From assembly GCA_963776245.1 (NCBI GenBank), contig CAVZLN010000004.1:32001-96000 (forward strand): DNA of 64,000 bases. The letters are read 5' to 3'. Origin of the DNA: Candidatus Eiseniibacteriota bacterium. Its GTDB lineage: Bacteria > Eisenbacteria > RBG-16-71-46. The notes under the pieces were generated by a model, which was not told the DNA's origin, did no database searches, and saw nothing but the letters and a program-made list of their open reading frames with translations. Positions 13,356 through 24,330 of the stretch are shown in pieces. Numbering within the stretch: the stretch's first letter is position 1; the number at the start of each line of letters is the position of its first letter. Position numbers and translations under genes: made by a program.

Positions 13356-14578
13356 ATGGCCGATCTATGTGTGGAAGGGACGTACGCTCGCGGGCGAGGC
13401 CCAGACGGGCGAGATCGAGGTCGGGCGCCAGGAGGAGGCGCTCGACACCCTGCGCAAGCGGAAGATCCTCGTCACCTCGCTGCGGGCGAAGTCGGCGGGC
13501 TTCACCCTGCCGAAGTTCGGCGGCTCGGGGGTCAGCACCAAGGACCTCGCCATCTTCACGCGCCAGTTCGCGACCATGATCACGGCCGGTCTGCCGCTGG
13601 TGCAGTGCCTCGACATCCTCGCCAAGCAGTCGAGCAAGCCGTCGTTCGGGCGGGTGATCGGCGAGGTGACGCGCGACGTCGAGGCCGGCTCCACGCTGTC
13701 CGACGCGCTCGGCAAGCACCGCGACGTGTTCGACGACCTGTTCCGCAACATGGTGGCCGCCGGCGAGGCGGGCGGCGTGCTGGACGAGATCCTGATGCGG
13801 CTGGCGACCTACATCGAGAAGGCCGACGCGCTGAAGCGCAAGGTCCAGAGCGCGATGATGTACCCGGTCGTCGTGCTGACGGTGGCCCTGGGCGCCACCG
13901 CGTTCATGCTCATCTTCATCATCCCGACGTTCGCCAAGATGTTCACCGACTTCGGCGGCGAGCTGCCGCTGCCGACCAAGATCGTGCTGGGGATGTCCGG
14001 TCTTGCTGCAGCACTTCTGGTGGGCCGGCCTGCTGGCGGTCGGCGGCGGGCGTGTTCCTGTTCGGGCGCTTCCGCGCGACCGAGAACGGCCATCGCGCGG
14101 TGGACCAGGCGCTCGCTCAAGATGCCGGTGCTCGGCGACGTGCTCCTCAAGGGCGCGGTCGCGCGCTTCACGCGCACGCTCGGCACGCTGATCGCCTCGG
14201 GCGTGCCGATCCTCTCCGGCCTCGAGATCACGGCACGCACCGCCGGCAACAAGGTCATCGCCGAGGCCATCATGACCGCGCGCACCTCGATCCGCGAGGG
14301 CGAGACGGTGTCGGCGCCGCTGAAGCAGTCGGGCGTCTTCCCGCCGATGGTGGTGCAGATGATCTCGGTCGGGCGAGCAGACCGGCGCGCTCGACGAGAT
14401 GCTCACCAAGATCGCGGTGTTCTACGACGCCGAGGTGGACACGGCGGTGGACACGCTCACCTCGATCATCGAGCCGGTCATGATCGTCCTCATGGGCGGC
14501 ATCGTCGGCGGCATGGTGGTCGCGATGTACCTGCCGATGTTCAAGCTCATCAGCGTGGTCGCGGGCGGCAACGGATGA
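13356..14578 (+). CDS. pilC: Pilus platform protein PilC (several frameshifts)
   Basis: FTRQFATMI.AGLPL, AGEAGG.LD, FPPMVVQMI..GE.TG.LDEML, IEP..IV, AMYLPMF. Confidence 0.93.
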
Positions 14579-16263
14579 GTTCCGCGGTCGCCATGCCCTC
14601 CGGGACCGCGAGGTCCGGGCTCGCCGACGCGGCGGTCGATCGCTGGAAGGGCCTCGAGTCCGTCCTGCGCGCTCGCCTCGTGATCGCCTCGCTGGCGCTG
14701 CCGGTCGGGATCCTGCTCCGGCCGGAGGTGCTGGCGAGCGCGTGGTGGGTGCTGGGCGGATCGCTGATCGCCCTCGGGATGGCGTCCGTGCTGTTCGGCC
14801 TGGGCGTCCGCCTGCGCCGCGGCTACGGGGTGCAGGTGTCCCTGCAGATCGCGACCGACCTCGCCCTGGTCACGGCGCTCGCCGTGTTCACGGGCGGACG
14901 CGCCAGCCAGTTCGTGATGTTCTTCGCGCTGGTGGCGATCACCGGCGGCCTGCTGGCGCGCGTCACCGGCGGGTTGCTGGCCGCCGCGGGCGGGTGGGCG
15001 GCCATCCTGGTCCTGCCGTGGCTGGAGGCGCGGGCCGGCGTCGCGACCGATGCCGCGACCTCGACACTGCCCGGTCCGGCCCTGCTGTTCCCCTTCCTCG
15101 GGATGGTCGGGGTCCTCGCGGGCGTGCTCGGGGACCGGGTGCAGCGCACCCGCAACGACCTCGAGCAGACCGCCCGCGAACTGGACCGCGTGCGCCTCGA
15201 CAACGACGCCATCCTGAGGCACCTCACCTCGGGGGTGCTCACCGTGGACGCGCATGGCCGCATCGCGTACATCAATCCGGCCGCCGAGCAGATGCTCGGC
15301 CTGCGCGCCCTCGTGGTGCGGAGCCGCGTGCTCGCCGAGGCGCTGCCGGAGCGGCTGGCGCCGCTGCGCGCGCACATCGAGGACTCGCTGGCGCGGTCGC
15401 GGCCGCGCGCCCGCGCCGAGCTCCAGATGAGCACCGCCGCCGGGCAGCCGCTGCCGGTCGGCATCTCGACCAGCCTGCTGACCCACCACGGGGCGGTCAC
15501 CGGCGTGGTCGCGGTGTTCCAGGACCTCACCGAGGTGCGGGAGATGGAACGGCGCGTGCGCCGCAACGAGACGCTCGCGGAACTGGGCGCGCTCGCGGCC
15601 GGCATCGCGCACGAGCTGCGCAATGGGCTCAAGCCCATCAGCGGCTCGGCGGAGTATCTGCAGCGCGAGCTCCAGCTCAAGGGCGAGGACGCGGTCCTGA
15701 TGGAGCTGATCACCACGGAATGCGGCCGCCTGAACCGGTTCGTGACCGACCTGCTGACCTATTCCCGCGAGCGCGATCTGGTGCTCGAGACCCTCGACCT
15801 CGACGAGATGCTCGCGGAACTGGTGCAGGTGGTGAGCCGGGATCCCCGGCGCGCGGCGGGCGTCACTGTCCGCCTGGTGCCGGGTCAGTCGCCGCGCGCG
15901 ATCCGCGCGGATCGGGAACAGATGAGACAGGTGTGGCTGAACCTCGTCACCAACGCGCTGGAGGCGATGCCCGATCGGGGCACGCTCACGGTGCGGTGGC
16001 GGGAGCGGGGCCAGTCACGCGTGGCGGTGGAATTCGAAGATGAGGGACAAGGTGTCACCGCGGAGGATCTGCCGCGGATCGGACAACCGTTCTTCACGAC
16101 CAAGGAAGGGGGGACCGGCCTGGGTGTGGCGATCGCCCAGCGCATCGTGGAACGCCACGGCGGCACGCTGCAGTACGAGAGCGTGCGCGGGCGCGGCACG
16201 GTCGCGCGGGTGACGCTGGCCAGCGCTGTGCCCGTCGTGGCCGGACTGGCGCCGGCGGCCTAG
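14575..16263 (+). CDS. pilS: PAS sensor histidine kinase PilS
   Basis: Multiple TM segments, PAS domain, AHELRN H-box, NLVTNA N-box, PFFTTK.GGTGLG; lies between pilC and pilR. Confidence 0.88.
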   Translation: MSSAVAMPSGTARSGLADAAVDRWKGLESVLRARLVIASLALPVGILLRPEVLASAWWVLGGSLIALGMASVLFGLGVRLRRGYGVQVSLQIATDLALVTALAVFTGGRASQFVMFFALVAITGGLLARVTGGLLAAAGGWAAILVLPWLEARAGVATDAATSTLPGPALLFPFLGMVGVLAGVLGDRVQRTRNDLEQTARELDRVRLDNDAILRHLTSGVLTVDAHGRIAYINPAAEQMLGLRALVVRSRVLAEALPERLAPLRAHIEDSLARSRPRARAELQMSTAAGQPLPVGISTSLLTHHGAVTGVVAVFQDLTEVREMERRVRRNETLAELGALAAGIAHELRNGLKPISGSAEYLQRELQLKGEDAVLMELITTECGRLNRFVTDLLTYSRERDLVLETLDLDEMLAELVQVVSRDPRRAAGVTVRLVPGQSPRAIRADREQMRQVWLNLVTNALEAMPDRGTLTVRWRERGQSRVAVEFEDEGQGVTAEDLPRIGQPFFTTKEGGTGLGVAIAQRIVERHGGTLQYESVRGRGTVARVTLASAVPVVAGLAPAA

Positions 16264-16300
16264 CGGTTCCCCATTGAACCCCCGGAGAGAGGTGGACGAC

Positions 16301-17722
16301 ATGCCCGCGGAACGGATCCTGGTGGTCGACGACGAGCAGAGCATGACGCAGTTCCTGAGCATCGTGCTCCGCAAGGAGGGATACCAGGTGACGGCGGTGA
16401 GCAACGGCCGCGAGGCGCTCGAGCGCGTCAAGGCCGAGCCCTTCGACGTCGTCATCACCGATATCAAGATGCCGGGGATGGACGGCATCCAGCTGCTTCA
16501 GGGCATCAAGAAGCACGACGCCTCGCTGCCGGTGATCATCATGACCGCGTACGCCTCCCAGCAGTCGGCGATCGACGCCGTCAACATGGGCGCGTTCCAG
16601 TACCTCATCAAGAACGCGAAGAACGACGAGATCAAGCTGGTGGTGCGCAACGCGATCGAGATGCGGAAGGTGCGCGCCGAGAACCAGTACCTCAAGCGCG
16701 AGCTCAAGAAGGGTCACGAGGAGAAGATCATCATCGGCTCCTCGGACGAGATGATGCGAGTGTTCAAGATGGTGGAGAAGGTCGCGGACAGCGAGGCCAC
16801 CATCATGATCCAGGGCGAGAGCGGCACCGGCAAGGAGCTGATCGCGCGCGAGGTGCACTACAGCAGCCGCCGCGTCAACGGGCCGTTCGTGAGCATCAAC
16901 TGCGGCGCCATCCCGCGCGACCTGCTCGAGAGCAACCTGTTCGGACACGTGAAGGGCTCGTTCACCGGCGCGGTGCGCGACTCCGCCGGCATGTTCCAGG
17001 TCGCCGAGGGCGGCACGTTCTTCCTCGACGAGGTGGGCGAGATGCCGCTGGCGACCCAGGTGAAGCTGCTGCGGGCGCTGCAGGAGCGGGAGATCATCCC
17101 GGTGGGCGGCACGCAGCCGATCAAGGTCGACTGCCGGCTGGTCGCCGCGACCAACGCCGATCTCGAGCGCGAGGTCGCCGAGGGGCGCTTCCGCGCCGAC
17201 CTGTTCTATCGGCTCAACGTCATCCCGATCAAGCTCCCGCCGCTGCGCCTGCGCCGCGACGACATCCCGCTGCTGGTCGACCACTTCCTCAAGCGTCACG
17301 CCCAGAACCACCCCGGGAAGCAGGTCAACAAGGAAGCGATGGAACTGCTCATGAAGTACGACTGGCCGGGCAACGTGCGCGAGCTCGAGAACGTGATGGA
17401 GCGCGCGCTGATCCTCGACGAGGGCGGCACCATCGGCCCCGACGACCTGCCCGACAAGATCCGCTTCGGCCAGAGCCACCGCGGGAGCCTGGTGATCGAC
17501 TCGCCGACGCTCACCCTCGAGGAACTGGAGAAGGAGTACATCCTCAAGGTGCTGAGCTACACCCGCTGGCAGAAGAAGCGGGCGAGCGAGGTGCTGGGCA
17601 TCAACGCGTCGACGCTCTATCGCAAGCTCATCGCGTACGGCGTGGAGAAGCCGGGCGGGTCGCCGGAGGACGAGCGCGACCTGGCGCCGGGCGCGGACGA
17701 GGGAGCCGCCCGCGCGGCCTGA
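16301..17722 (+). CDS. pilR: Sigma54-dependent response regulator PilR
   Basis: REC domain, GESGTGKE, GSFTGA, FRADLFYRLNV, WPGNVRELEN, C-terminal HTH. Confidence 0.9.
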   Translation: MPAERILVVDDEQSMTQFLSIVLRKEGYQVTAVSNGREALERVKAEPFDVVITDIKMPGMDGIQLLQGIKKHDASLPVIIMTAYASQQSAIDAVNMGAFQYLIKNAKNDEIKLVVRNAIEMRKVRAENQYLKRELKKGHEEKIIIGSSDEMMRVFKMVEKVADSEATIMIQGESGTGKELIAREVHYSSRRVNGPFVSINCGAIPRDLLESNLFGHVKGSFTGAVRDSAGMFQVAEGGTFFLDEVGEMPLATQVKLLRALQEREIIPVGGTQPIKVDCRLVAATNADLEREVAEGRFRADLFYRLNVIPIKLPPLRLRRDDIPLLVDHFLKRHAQNHPGKQVNKEAMELLMKYDWPGNVRELENVMERALILDEGGTIGPDDLPDKIRFGQSHRGSLVIDSPTLTLEELEKEYILKVLSYTRWQKKRASEVLGINASTLYRKLIAYGVEKPGGSPEDERDLAPGADEGAARAA

Positions 17723-17898
17723 CGGCGTGCGGAACGCATGCCGCGCGTCGCGTGCATGCGTTTCGCACACGGACGGGGGCGGACGGTTGGAGATTGCCCG
17801 GTCGCCCGAGGTCGGGCGGAGGCGAGCCCCCGCGGGGCCGCGGCCGCAATGGCAACGCGGCGAACGGATTGGAGCAGACAGGAACCGGCCGGCACGAA

Positions 17899-17914
17899 TG
17901 GCACATGGGTTGCT
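17899..17914 (+). promoter_or_regulatory. Sigma54 promoter of the first pilin
   Basis: TGGCAC-ATGGG-TTGCT, consensus match. Confidence 0.9.
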
Positions 17915-17983
17915 CGATACACGGTTGAGGGTCGGGCGAGAGAGCAGACCCGGGGCAGTCCACCACCAGGAGGAGCGCACGTC

Positions 17984-18418
17984 ATGTTCAAGACCCAGAA
18001 GGGCTTCACCCTGATCGAGCTGATGATCGTGGTCGTGATCATCGGCATCCTCGCCGCGATCGCGATCCCGAACTTCATCGCGATGCAGAGCCGCGCGAAG
18101 GAAGGCAGCACGAAGGCCAACATGCACACGTTCCAGCTCTCGGCTGAGGACTACGGCGTGCAGCATGACGGCACGTACTCGATCACCGAGACCGACGTCG
18201 CGACGCTGCTGCCGTCGGGCGGTCTGAACTTCAAGAACCCGTTCGATCAGACCACCGGCGTCGGCGCCGCGTACGAGTTGCGCGCTGCGATGGGTACGGC
18301 TTGCACGGCGACCCCCGGCATCACGAGCTACGGCACGGACGGCGTGGGCAACGCGTACAACATCAAGGGTTGGGGCAAGGCGGACTCGCTTTCGCTGACC
18401 CTGACGGCCGGTCAGTAA
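17984..18418 (+). CDS. pilA: Type IVa pilin, probable major pilin
   Basis: MFKTQKG|FTLIELMIVVVIIGILAAIAIP; SD AGGAGG; has its own promoter and terminator. Confidence 0.93.
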   Translation: MFKTQKGFTLIELMIVVVIIGILAAIAIPNFIAMQSRAKEGSTKANMHTFQLSAEDYGVQHDGTYSITETDVATLLPSGGLNFKNPFDQTTGVGAAYELRAAMGTACTATPGITSYGTDGVGNAYNIKGWGKADSLSLTLTAGQ

Positions 18419-18436
18419 TCCCACCGGCGGTGGACG

Positions 18437-18466
18437 AGAAGGGGCGGGCGCGAGCCCGCCCCTTCT
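18437..18466 (+). terminator. Hairpin terminator after pilA
   Basis: AGAAGGGGCGGGC-gcga-GCCCGCCCCTTCT, 13-bp stem. Confidence 0.8.
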
Positions 18467-18716
18467 GCATTGGGGCGAGGTCCCTGGCGCCCGCGGGTGG
18501 GGCGCCCGGCGGCGCGGGCGAGGAGGGACACGGGACCCGCGACGGCCGCGGACCTTCGCTCCGGGCCATTGCAGCGAGCACCGGACCCGGCACTCTGCAA
18601 TCCACCGCGCGCTCCGGCCCACATCGGACCGGCGGGGCCGGTTCCGGGCAGGCAGCTATCTCGTTGTCGCACAGGGGCGATGGTGCGGGTGGGAGGAACG
18701 CGGCAGGGAACTCCGC

Positions 18717-18732
18717 TGGTACGGGTGTTGCG
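18717..18732 (+). promoter_or_regulatory. Sigma54 promoter of the second pilin
   Basis: TGGTAC-GGGTG-TTGCG. Confidence 0.8.
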
Positions 18733-18764
18733 AAGGACTATCAGGTGAGGGAGGAGGGTCCGCC

Positions 18765-19217
18765 ATGAACAGCTCCAGACCGAATCGAGATTCCCGACTG
18801 GGTTTCACGCTCATCGAGCTGATGATCGTCGTCGTGGTGATCGGGATCCTCGCGGCGTTCGCGATCCCGAACTTCCTCGCGATGCAGCGGCGCGCCCTCG
18901 AGGCCACCGTCAAGTCGAACATGCATCAGATCCAGGTGACGCTGGAGGACTACTCGATCCAGAACGACAGCTTCTATCCGGCCTCGGCGGCCGCCACGCT
19001 GCCCGACGGCCGCACCCTCCGCGACGTCTGCCCGGGCGGTGCCTTCCCGGTCAATCCCTATACGAAGATCGAGAGCGTCGTGCAGTTCAATGCGAACCCC
19101 ACCTCCGGATTCCCGGGCGAGCTCGCGATCAATCCCGCGCAGCCCGGCGAGTACGTGCTCAAGGGGAACGATTCCAAGGGCGACACGCTGCGCCTGGTCC
19201 TGACGACCGGCCAATGA
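18765..19217 (+). CDS. Type IV pilin paralog 2
   Basis: G|FTLIELMIVVVVIGILAAFAIP prepilin motif. Confidence 0.92.
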   Translation: MNSSRPNRDSRLGFTLIELMIVVVVIGILAAFAIPNFLAMQRRALEATVKSNMHQIQVTLEDYSIQNDSFYPASAAATLPDGRTLRDVCPGGAFPVNPYTKIESVVQFNANPTSGFPGELAINPAQPGEYVLKGNDSKGDTLRLVLTTGQ

Positions 19218-19338
19218 GCCGGCGGGTAGCGGGAGCCGGGGATCCGCAGGGCCGGCGAGGAGCCGTGGTTCCTCTCCCGGGCCCTGGGCCCCTCGGAAGG
19301 CCATTGCGGACGATCGAAAGTCAGGCAAGGAGAACCCG

Positions 19339-19797
<459 letters not shown>

Positions 19798-19819
19798 CCG
19801 GGTCCGCCGCCCCTCGGGG

Positions 19820-19835
19820 CGGCACACGGGTTGCA
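19820..19835 (+). promoter_or_regulatory. Sigma54 promoter of the ABC operon
   Basis: CGGCAC-ACGGG-TTGCA. Confidence 0.8.
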
Positions 19836-19946
19836 TTCTGCACCCACCGGAACGGCGCCGCGCGGCCCCCGCAGGGGGCCCGCGCGGCCAGGCAACAGGT
19901 TGGCGCGGCCGACATCCCGCCCGCGCAGTTCCGGTCGAGGAGCCCC

Positions 19947-20969
19947 GTGAACGATTTCCAGCCACTCCGGCCAGCCGCTGATCGGCCGAGCGCCGGCTTG
20001 CGTGGTCCGCAGTCCGACCCTGCGGTGTGCATCCGCGGCCTCGCCAAGCACTACCGCAATCCCTGGACGATGCGCGTGGTGCGCGGACTGGAGCCGCTCG
20101 ATCTCGTGGTCCATCGGGGCGAGGTGATGGGTTACCTCGGACCCAATGGGGCGGGGAAGACCACCACGCTCAAGCTCCTGACCGGCCTGCTCAAACCCAC
20201 CGCAGGGCGGGCGTGGCTGTTCGGCGAACCGATCGAGCACGTCCGCAGCCGGAGCCGTCTCGGCTTCCTGCCCGAGCAGCCCTACTTCTACGACTACCTG
20301 AACGGCATCGAGTATCTCGAGTTCGCGGGCCGTCTCTCCGGGCTCGGATCGCGCGAGGCCCGGACCGCCGCGCGGCACTGGCTCGGACGGGTCGGGCTCG
20401 GCGACCGGCCGCGTTTGGGCCTGCGCAAGTACTCGAAGGGCATGCTCCAGCGCCTCGGCCTCGCGGCCGCGCTGGTGCACGCGCCGGCGCTCCTGATCCT
20501 CGACGAGCCGATGAGCGGTCTCGACCCCATCGGCCGGCGCGAGGTGCGCGATCTCATCCTCGAGCAGCGCGAGCGCGGGACCACGGTGCTGTTCTCGTCC
20601 CACATCCTGCCGGACGTGGAGACGCTGTGCGACCGCGCGGCGATCATCGTCGGCGGACGGCTGACGCGCGTCGCCACGGTGGGCGAACTGGTGGGCGACC
20701 GGGCCGCGACGGTCGAGATCACCTGCGAGCGCCTCGGACTGGTCGAGATCCCGGGCAGCCTCCACGGCGCGGTGAGGCGTGCCGAGCGCCCGGACGCCAC
20801 GGTGTTCACGGTCGAGGACGACGCGCGGCTCGACGAGACGCTGCAGTGGCTGCTGCGCGGCCGGGTACGGGTGCGCGCGGTGACCCCGCAGCGCTCCAGC
20901 CTCGAGGAGCTGTTCCTCTCGGACGCGCGCGCGGCCGGCGGCGCGGAGCACGAGCGGAGGATGGCATGA
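19947..20969 (+). CDS. ABC transporter ATP-binding protein (Myxococcus PilH-like)
   Basis: GPNGAGKTT, YSKGMLQR, ILDEPMSGLDP, SSH. Confidence 0.92.
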   Translation: MNDFQPLRPAADRPSAGLRGPQSDPAVCIRGLAKHYRNPWTMRVVRGLEPLDLVVHRGEVMGYLGPNGAGKTTTLKLLTGLLKPTAGRAWLFGEPIEHVRSRSRLGFLPEQPYFYDYLNGIEYLEFAGRLSGLGSREARTAARHWLGRVGLGDRPRLGLRKYSKGMLQRLGLAAALVHAPALLILDEPMSGLDPIGRREVRDLILEQRERGTTVLFSSHILPDVETLCDRAAIIVGGRLTRVATVGELVGDRAATVEITCERLGLVEIPGSLHGAVRRAERPDATVFTVEDDARLDETLQWLLRGRVRVRAVTPQRSSLEELFLSDARAAGGAEHERRMA

Positions 20970-21730
20970 TCGCGGCCCTCATCGCGCACAACACGTTCCG
21001 CGAGGCGATGCGGGACCGCGTCCTCGCCGGCGTGACGGTGGCCGGGATCGCGCTGCTGGGGCTGACCCAGCTGGCGAGCCCGCTCGCACTCGGCGAGGGG
21101 ACACGCCTCACCGTGGATCTCGGACTCACGGCCATCTCGGTGCTCGGCCTGCTGGTCGTGCTGCTGGTGGGCACCAGCCTGGTGGCCAAGGAGATCGAAC
21201 GGCGGACCATCTACAACCTGTTGTCGCGCCCGATCGCCCGCCCCATCTACCTCGTGGGCAAGTGGGCCGGGCTCACCGTCGCGCTGTGGACGGTGGCCGT
21301 CGTGCTCGGCCTCGCCCTGTGGGGAGTGCTGGCCTGGCGCGGGCACGCGGCCTACGGCCTCGCGCTCGCGCAGGCGACGTACCTGGCCGCGCTCGAACTG
21401 GCGGTGGTGACCGCGCTGGCCGTGCTGTTCTCGGCGCTCTCCACGCCGGTGCTCTCGGCGCTCTACACGCTCGGGCTGGTCCTCGCGGGACAGTGGTCGT
21501 ACGACCTGCGCGGGCTCGCGGTGAAGTTCCCGACCGCGTTGGGCGCACCGCTGAGCTTCGCCGCCGACCTCCTGCCGAACCTCCCGCTCTTCAACATGCG
21601 GTCGCTGGCCGCGGCCGGCGAGCCCACGACCTTCGCGCACCTCGGCATCGCCACCGCGTACGCGGCGCTCTACGCCGGCTGCGCCCTGGCGCTCGGCGCG
21701 GCGGCGTTCGAGAGCCGCGACTTCAAGTGA
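20966..21730 (+). CDS. ABC transporter permease (PilI-like)
   Basis: IAHNTFREAMRDR, KEIERRTIYNLLSRP, six TM segments, C-terminal FESRDFK. Confidence 0.85.
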   Translation: MIAALIAHNTFREAMRDRVLAGVTVAGIALLGLTQLASPLALGEGTRLTVDLGLTAISVLGLLVVLLVGTSLVAKEIERRTIYNLLSRPIARPIYLVGKWAGLTVALWTVAVVLGLALWGVLAWRGHAAYGLALAQATYLAALELAVVTALAVLFSALSTPVLSALYTLGLVLAGQWSYDLRGLAVKFPTALGAPLSFAADLLPNLPLFNMRSLAAAGEPTTFAHLGIATAYAALYAGCALALGAAAFESRDFK

Positions 21731-22488
21731 TGACCGCGCACGCCCTGCCCGGGTGGCGTCGCCGCCTGCTGGTGGCCTGGGTGATCGCCGCGACGCTCGG
21801 CGCCGGCGCGAGTGGCCTGGCACGCACCGCGTGGGAGAGGCTCCCGCGCCCCCGTCCGCTCGAGGAGCTGTCGTACTACCCGTCGGGCGAGTTCCTGCGC
21901 CCCGCAGCGCTCGGGCACGCGGAGACGGCGGCCGATCTGGCGTGGCTGCGCGCGGTGCAGTACTACGGCGAGCACCGCGCCACCGACAATCGCTTCACGC
22001 GCATGGGCCACGTGTTCGACATCCTCACCTCGCTCGCCCCGGGCTTCACGCCGGCCTACGTGTTCGGGGGATTCGCCCTCGCCCAGGAGGGCGCCGACTT
22101 CCCGCGTGCCGAGGCGCTCATGCTCAAGGGGATCGAGGCGAACCCGCGCAGCGGGGCGCTCGCGTTCGAGCTCGGCTTCCTCTACTACGTCCGGGCCGGC
22201 GGCCGCGACCTGCGCCGCGCCGCCGAGATGTTCGAGCAGGCCAGCCGGCAGCCCGACGCCCCGCCGCAGTCCGAGCGGTTCGCCGCCTTCGCGCGGCAGC
22301 ACTCCGGGGACCTGGTGGTCGCGTACGAACTGTGGGGGAGCATCAAGCGGGACTCGCCCAACCGGTATCTCCGGGACATCGCCGAGAAGGAGATGGACCG
22401 GATCCGCCGGGCGCTCGCCACCGGGCGACGCGAGTACGCCGTGCACCGTCTCACGACCCCCATCGTCCAGCTGCAGAAGTCCCGCTAG
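21730..22488 (+). CDS. Pilin-associated accessory TPR-like protein (PilG/XapA-like)
   Basis: N-terminal TM, ADLAWLRAVQYYG, TPR-like FELGFLYY. Confidence 0.7.
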   Translation: MTAHALPGWRRRLLVAWVIAATLGAGASGLARTAWERLPRPRPLEELSYYPSGEFLRPAALGHAETAADLAWLRAVQYYGEHRATDNRFTRMGHVFDILTSLAPGFTPAYVFGGFALAQEGADFPRAEALMLKGIEANPRSGALAFELGFLYYVRAGGRDLRRAAEMFEQASRQPDAPPQSERFAAFARQHSGDLVVAYELWGSIKRDSPNRYLRDIAEKEMDRIRRALATGRREYAVHRLTTPIVQLQKSR

Positions 22489-22544
22489 GGGCAGGCGTTT
22501 CGCATGCATTCCGCAACGCCCGCGCGCCGAAGTCGATAAAACGC

Positions 22545-22573
22545 CTCAAGTCCGCTGGTGGAGCGGACGATGC
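22545..22573 (+). promoter_or_regulatory. Sigma28-like promoter upstream of pilM
   Basis: CTCAAG-N15-GACGATGC. Confidence 0.4.
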
Positions 22574-22699
22574 TAGGGACAGCGGGCCGCCAACCGGCCC
22601 AGCGGTCGGGGCTCGCCACAGAGGGCAAGCAACGTCCAGACCCACGGTCCAGCCGCGCGTTCAGGTCCGCGCCGCGGATCGCCAACAGGGAGTGAAGAC

Positions 22700-23755
22700 A
22701 TGCTCTTCGGGAAGAAACAGTCCCTCGTGGGGCTGGACATCGGAAGCCACACCGTCAAGGCGGTGGAGCTCGAGCTCCTGGCGAACAAGTCCTATCGCCT
22801 GACGAACTGGGGCATCTCCGCCCCGCTCGCCGAGGCGATCGTGGACGGCGAGATCATGGACCGTCAGCTGGTGACGGACGCGATCTCGAACCTGTTCGAG
22901 TCCCGGGGGATCAAGTCCAAGAGCGTGGTGGCGGCGGTGAGCGGCCGCGCGGTCATCGTCAAGAAGATCACGATGAACCGGCTGTCGGCCGAGGACGCCC
23001 AGCAGGCGGTCTACTGGGAGGCCGAGCAGCACGTCCCGTACGACATCAACGACGTGTCGCTCGACTTCGAGATCCTCGGACCCGCGCCCAGCGACCCGAA
23101 GCAGATGCAGGTGCTGCTGGTCGCCGCCAAGAAGGACATGGTCATCTCCTTCAGCGACCTCATCCGCGAGGCCGGGCTGTCGCCGCTGATCGTCGATGTC
23201 GATTCGTTCGCGGCGCAGAACGCGCTGGAGGCGAACTACGACTTCGCCCCGGAAGAGGTGATCGCGATCCTGAACATCGGTTCCGAGATCACCAACATCA
23301 ACATCACCCAGGCCGGCGTGCCCTACTTCACCAAGGACCTGCAGGTCGGCGGTGACGTGTTCATCGAGAGCGCCATGCGCAAGTTCAACCTGAGCCAGGC
23401 GGAGGCCGCCGCCGCCGTTCGCGGCGAGTCCGGCGCGGGGCTCGAGATCGCGCCGGTCATCGAGCAGGCCTGCGAGGGCCTGGCGACCGCGCTCGAGCGC
23501 GCGCAGGCCTACCTGCGCACCGCCGGCGAGGCCGGTCCGATCACGCGCGTGATGCTGTGCGGCGGCAGCGCGATGACGCCCGGGGTGTCGGAGTTCCTCA
23601 ACCGGCGGTTCAGTGTCCCCGCCGAGATCGCGAATCCCCTGGCCCGCGTCGGCTATGACCCGGCGCTGTTCGCGGGACAGGACGTCATGAAGGTGGCGCC
23701 GCTGCTGACGGTGGGGATCGGGCTCGCCCTGCGCCGTCTGGGAGACAAGAAATGA
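22700..23755 (+). CDS. pilM: PilM actin-like alignment protein
   Basis: VGLDIGS..VKAVEL, LDFEI, VLLVAA, CGGSA, GLALR. Confidence 0.95.
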   Translation: MLFGKKQSLVGLDIGSHTVKAVELELLANKSYRLTNWGISAPLAEAIVDGEIMDRQLVTDAISNLFESRGIKSKSVVAAVSGRAVIVKKITMNRLSAEDAQQAVYWEAEQHVPYDINDVSLDFEILGPAPSDPKQMQVLLVAAKKDMVISFSDLIREAGLSPLIVDVDSFAAQNALEANYDFAPEEVIAILNIGSEITNINITQAGVPYFTKDLQVGGDVFIESAMRKFNLSQAEAAAAVRGESGAGLEIAPVIEQACEGLATALERAQAYLRTAGEAGPITRVMLCGGSAMTPGVSEFLNRRFSVPAEIANPLARVGYDPALFAGQDVMKVAPLLTVGIGLALRRLGDKK

Positions 23756-24321
23756 TCCGCATGAATCTGCTTCCGCGGGAGGGCAAGCCCCAGCGGAAGT
23801 CGGCGATGACCTTCAAGGTCGGCGACCTCGTGATCCCGGTCATGATGCTCGCGGCGGCGGGGCTGGTGATCGCCGGCACCGCGGTCTCGCAGCGGGTGCG
23901 GATCAGCGCGCTCGACAAGTCGATCGCCGACGTCGAGGCCCAGTCCCGCGCCCTGGCGCCCCAGATCGAACGGGTCCAGCGCCTCGCGCAGGAGCGCGCG
24001 GAGCTCGACCTCCGGCTCGGCATCATCACGCGGCTGGAACACGGCCGCACGCAGAGCGTCCGGTTCATGGATGAGCTGGCGCGCTGCATCCCCGACCATC
24101 TCTGGCTGACCGGCGCCTCGCAGGACGCGGGGAACACGCTCCGGCTGGAGGGGGTCACGTATTCGAACCTCGTGGTCTCGGATCTCATGTCGCGACTCGA
24201 GCGCTCGCCGATGTTCGCCGGCGTGGAGCTCGAGGTCGCGGAGCGGGGCGCCATCGGCGACCGCGACGTCGTGCGCTTCCGCGCCACCTGTCAGGTGACG
24301 CCGGACGAGCCGGCGAACTAA
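23752..24321 (+). CDS. pilN: PilN
   Basis: MIRMNLLP motif, TM, coiled coil, IPDHLWLT. Confidence 0.92.
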   Translation: MIRMNLLPREGKPQRKSAMTFKVGDLVIPVMMLAAAGLVIAGTAVSQRVRISALDKSIADVEAQSRALAPQIERVQRLAQERAELDLRLGIITRLEHGRTQSVRFMDELARCIPDHLWLTGASQDAGNTLRLEGVTYSNLVVSDLMSRLERSPMFAGVELEVAERGAIGDRDVVRFRATCQVTPDEPAN

Positions 24322-24330
24322 GGGGGCGCC

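Noticed and set aside
13369..16263. PilC-PilS fusion (964-aa ORF)
   Set aside because: Caused by an indel near 14372; the PilC C-terminus ends at TGA 14578, overlapping the pilS ATG
17984..18418. Electrically conductive e-pilin
   Set aside because: The pilins are full length (~137-140 aa mature), not the short Geobacter type, and no multiheme cytochrome genes are in the window
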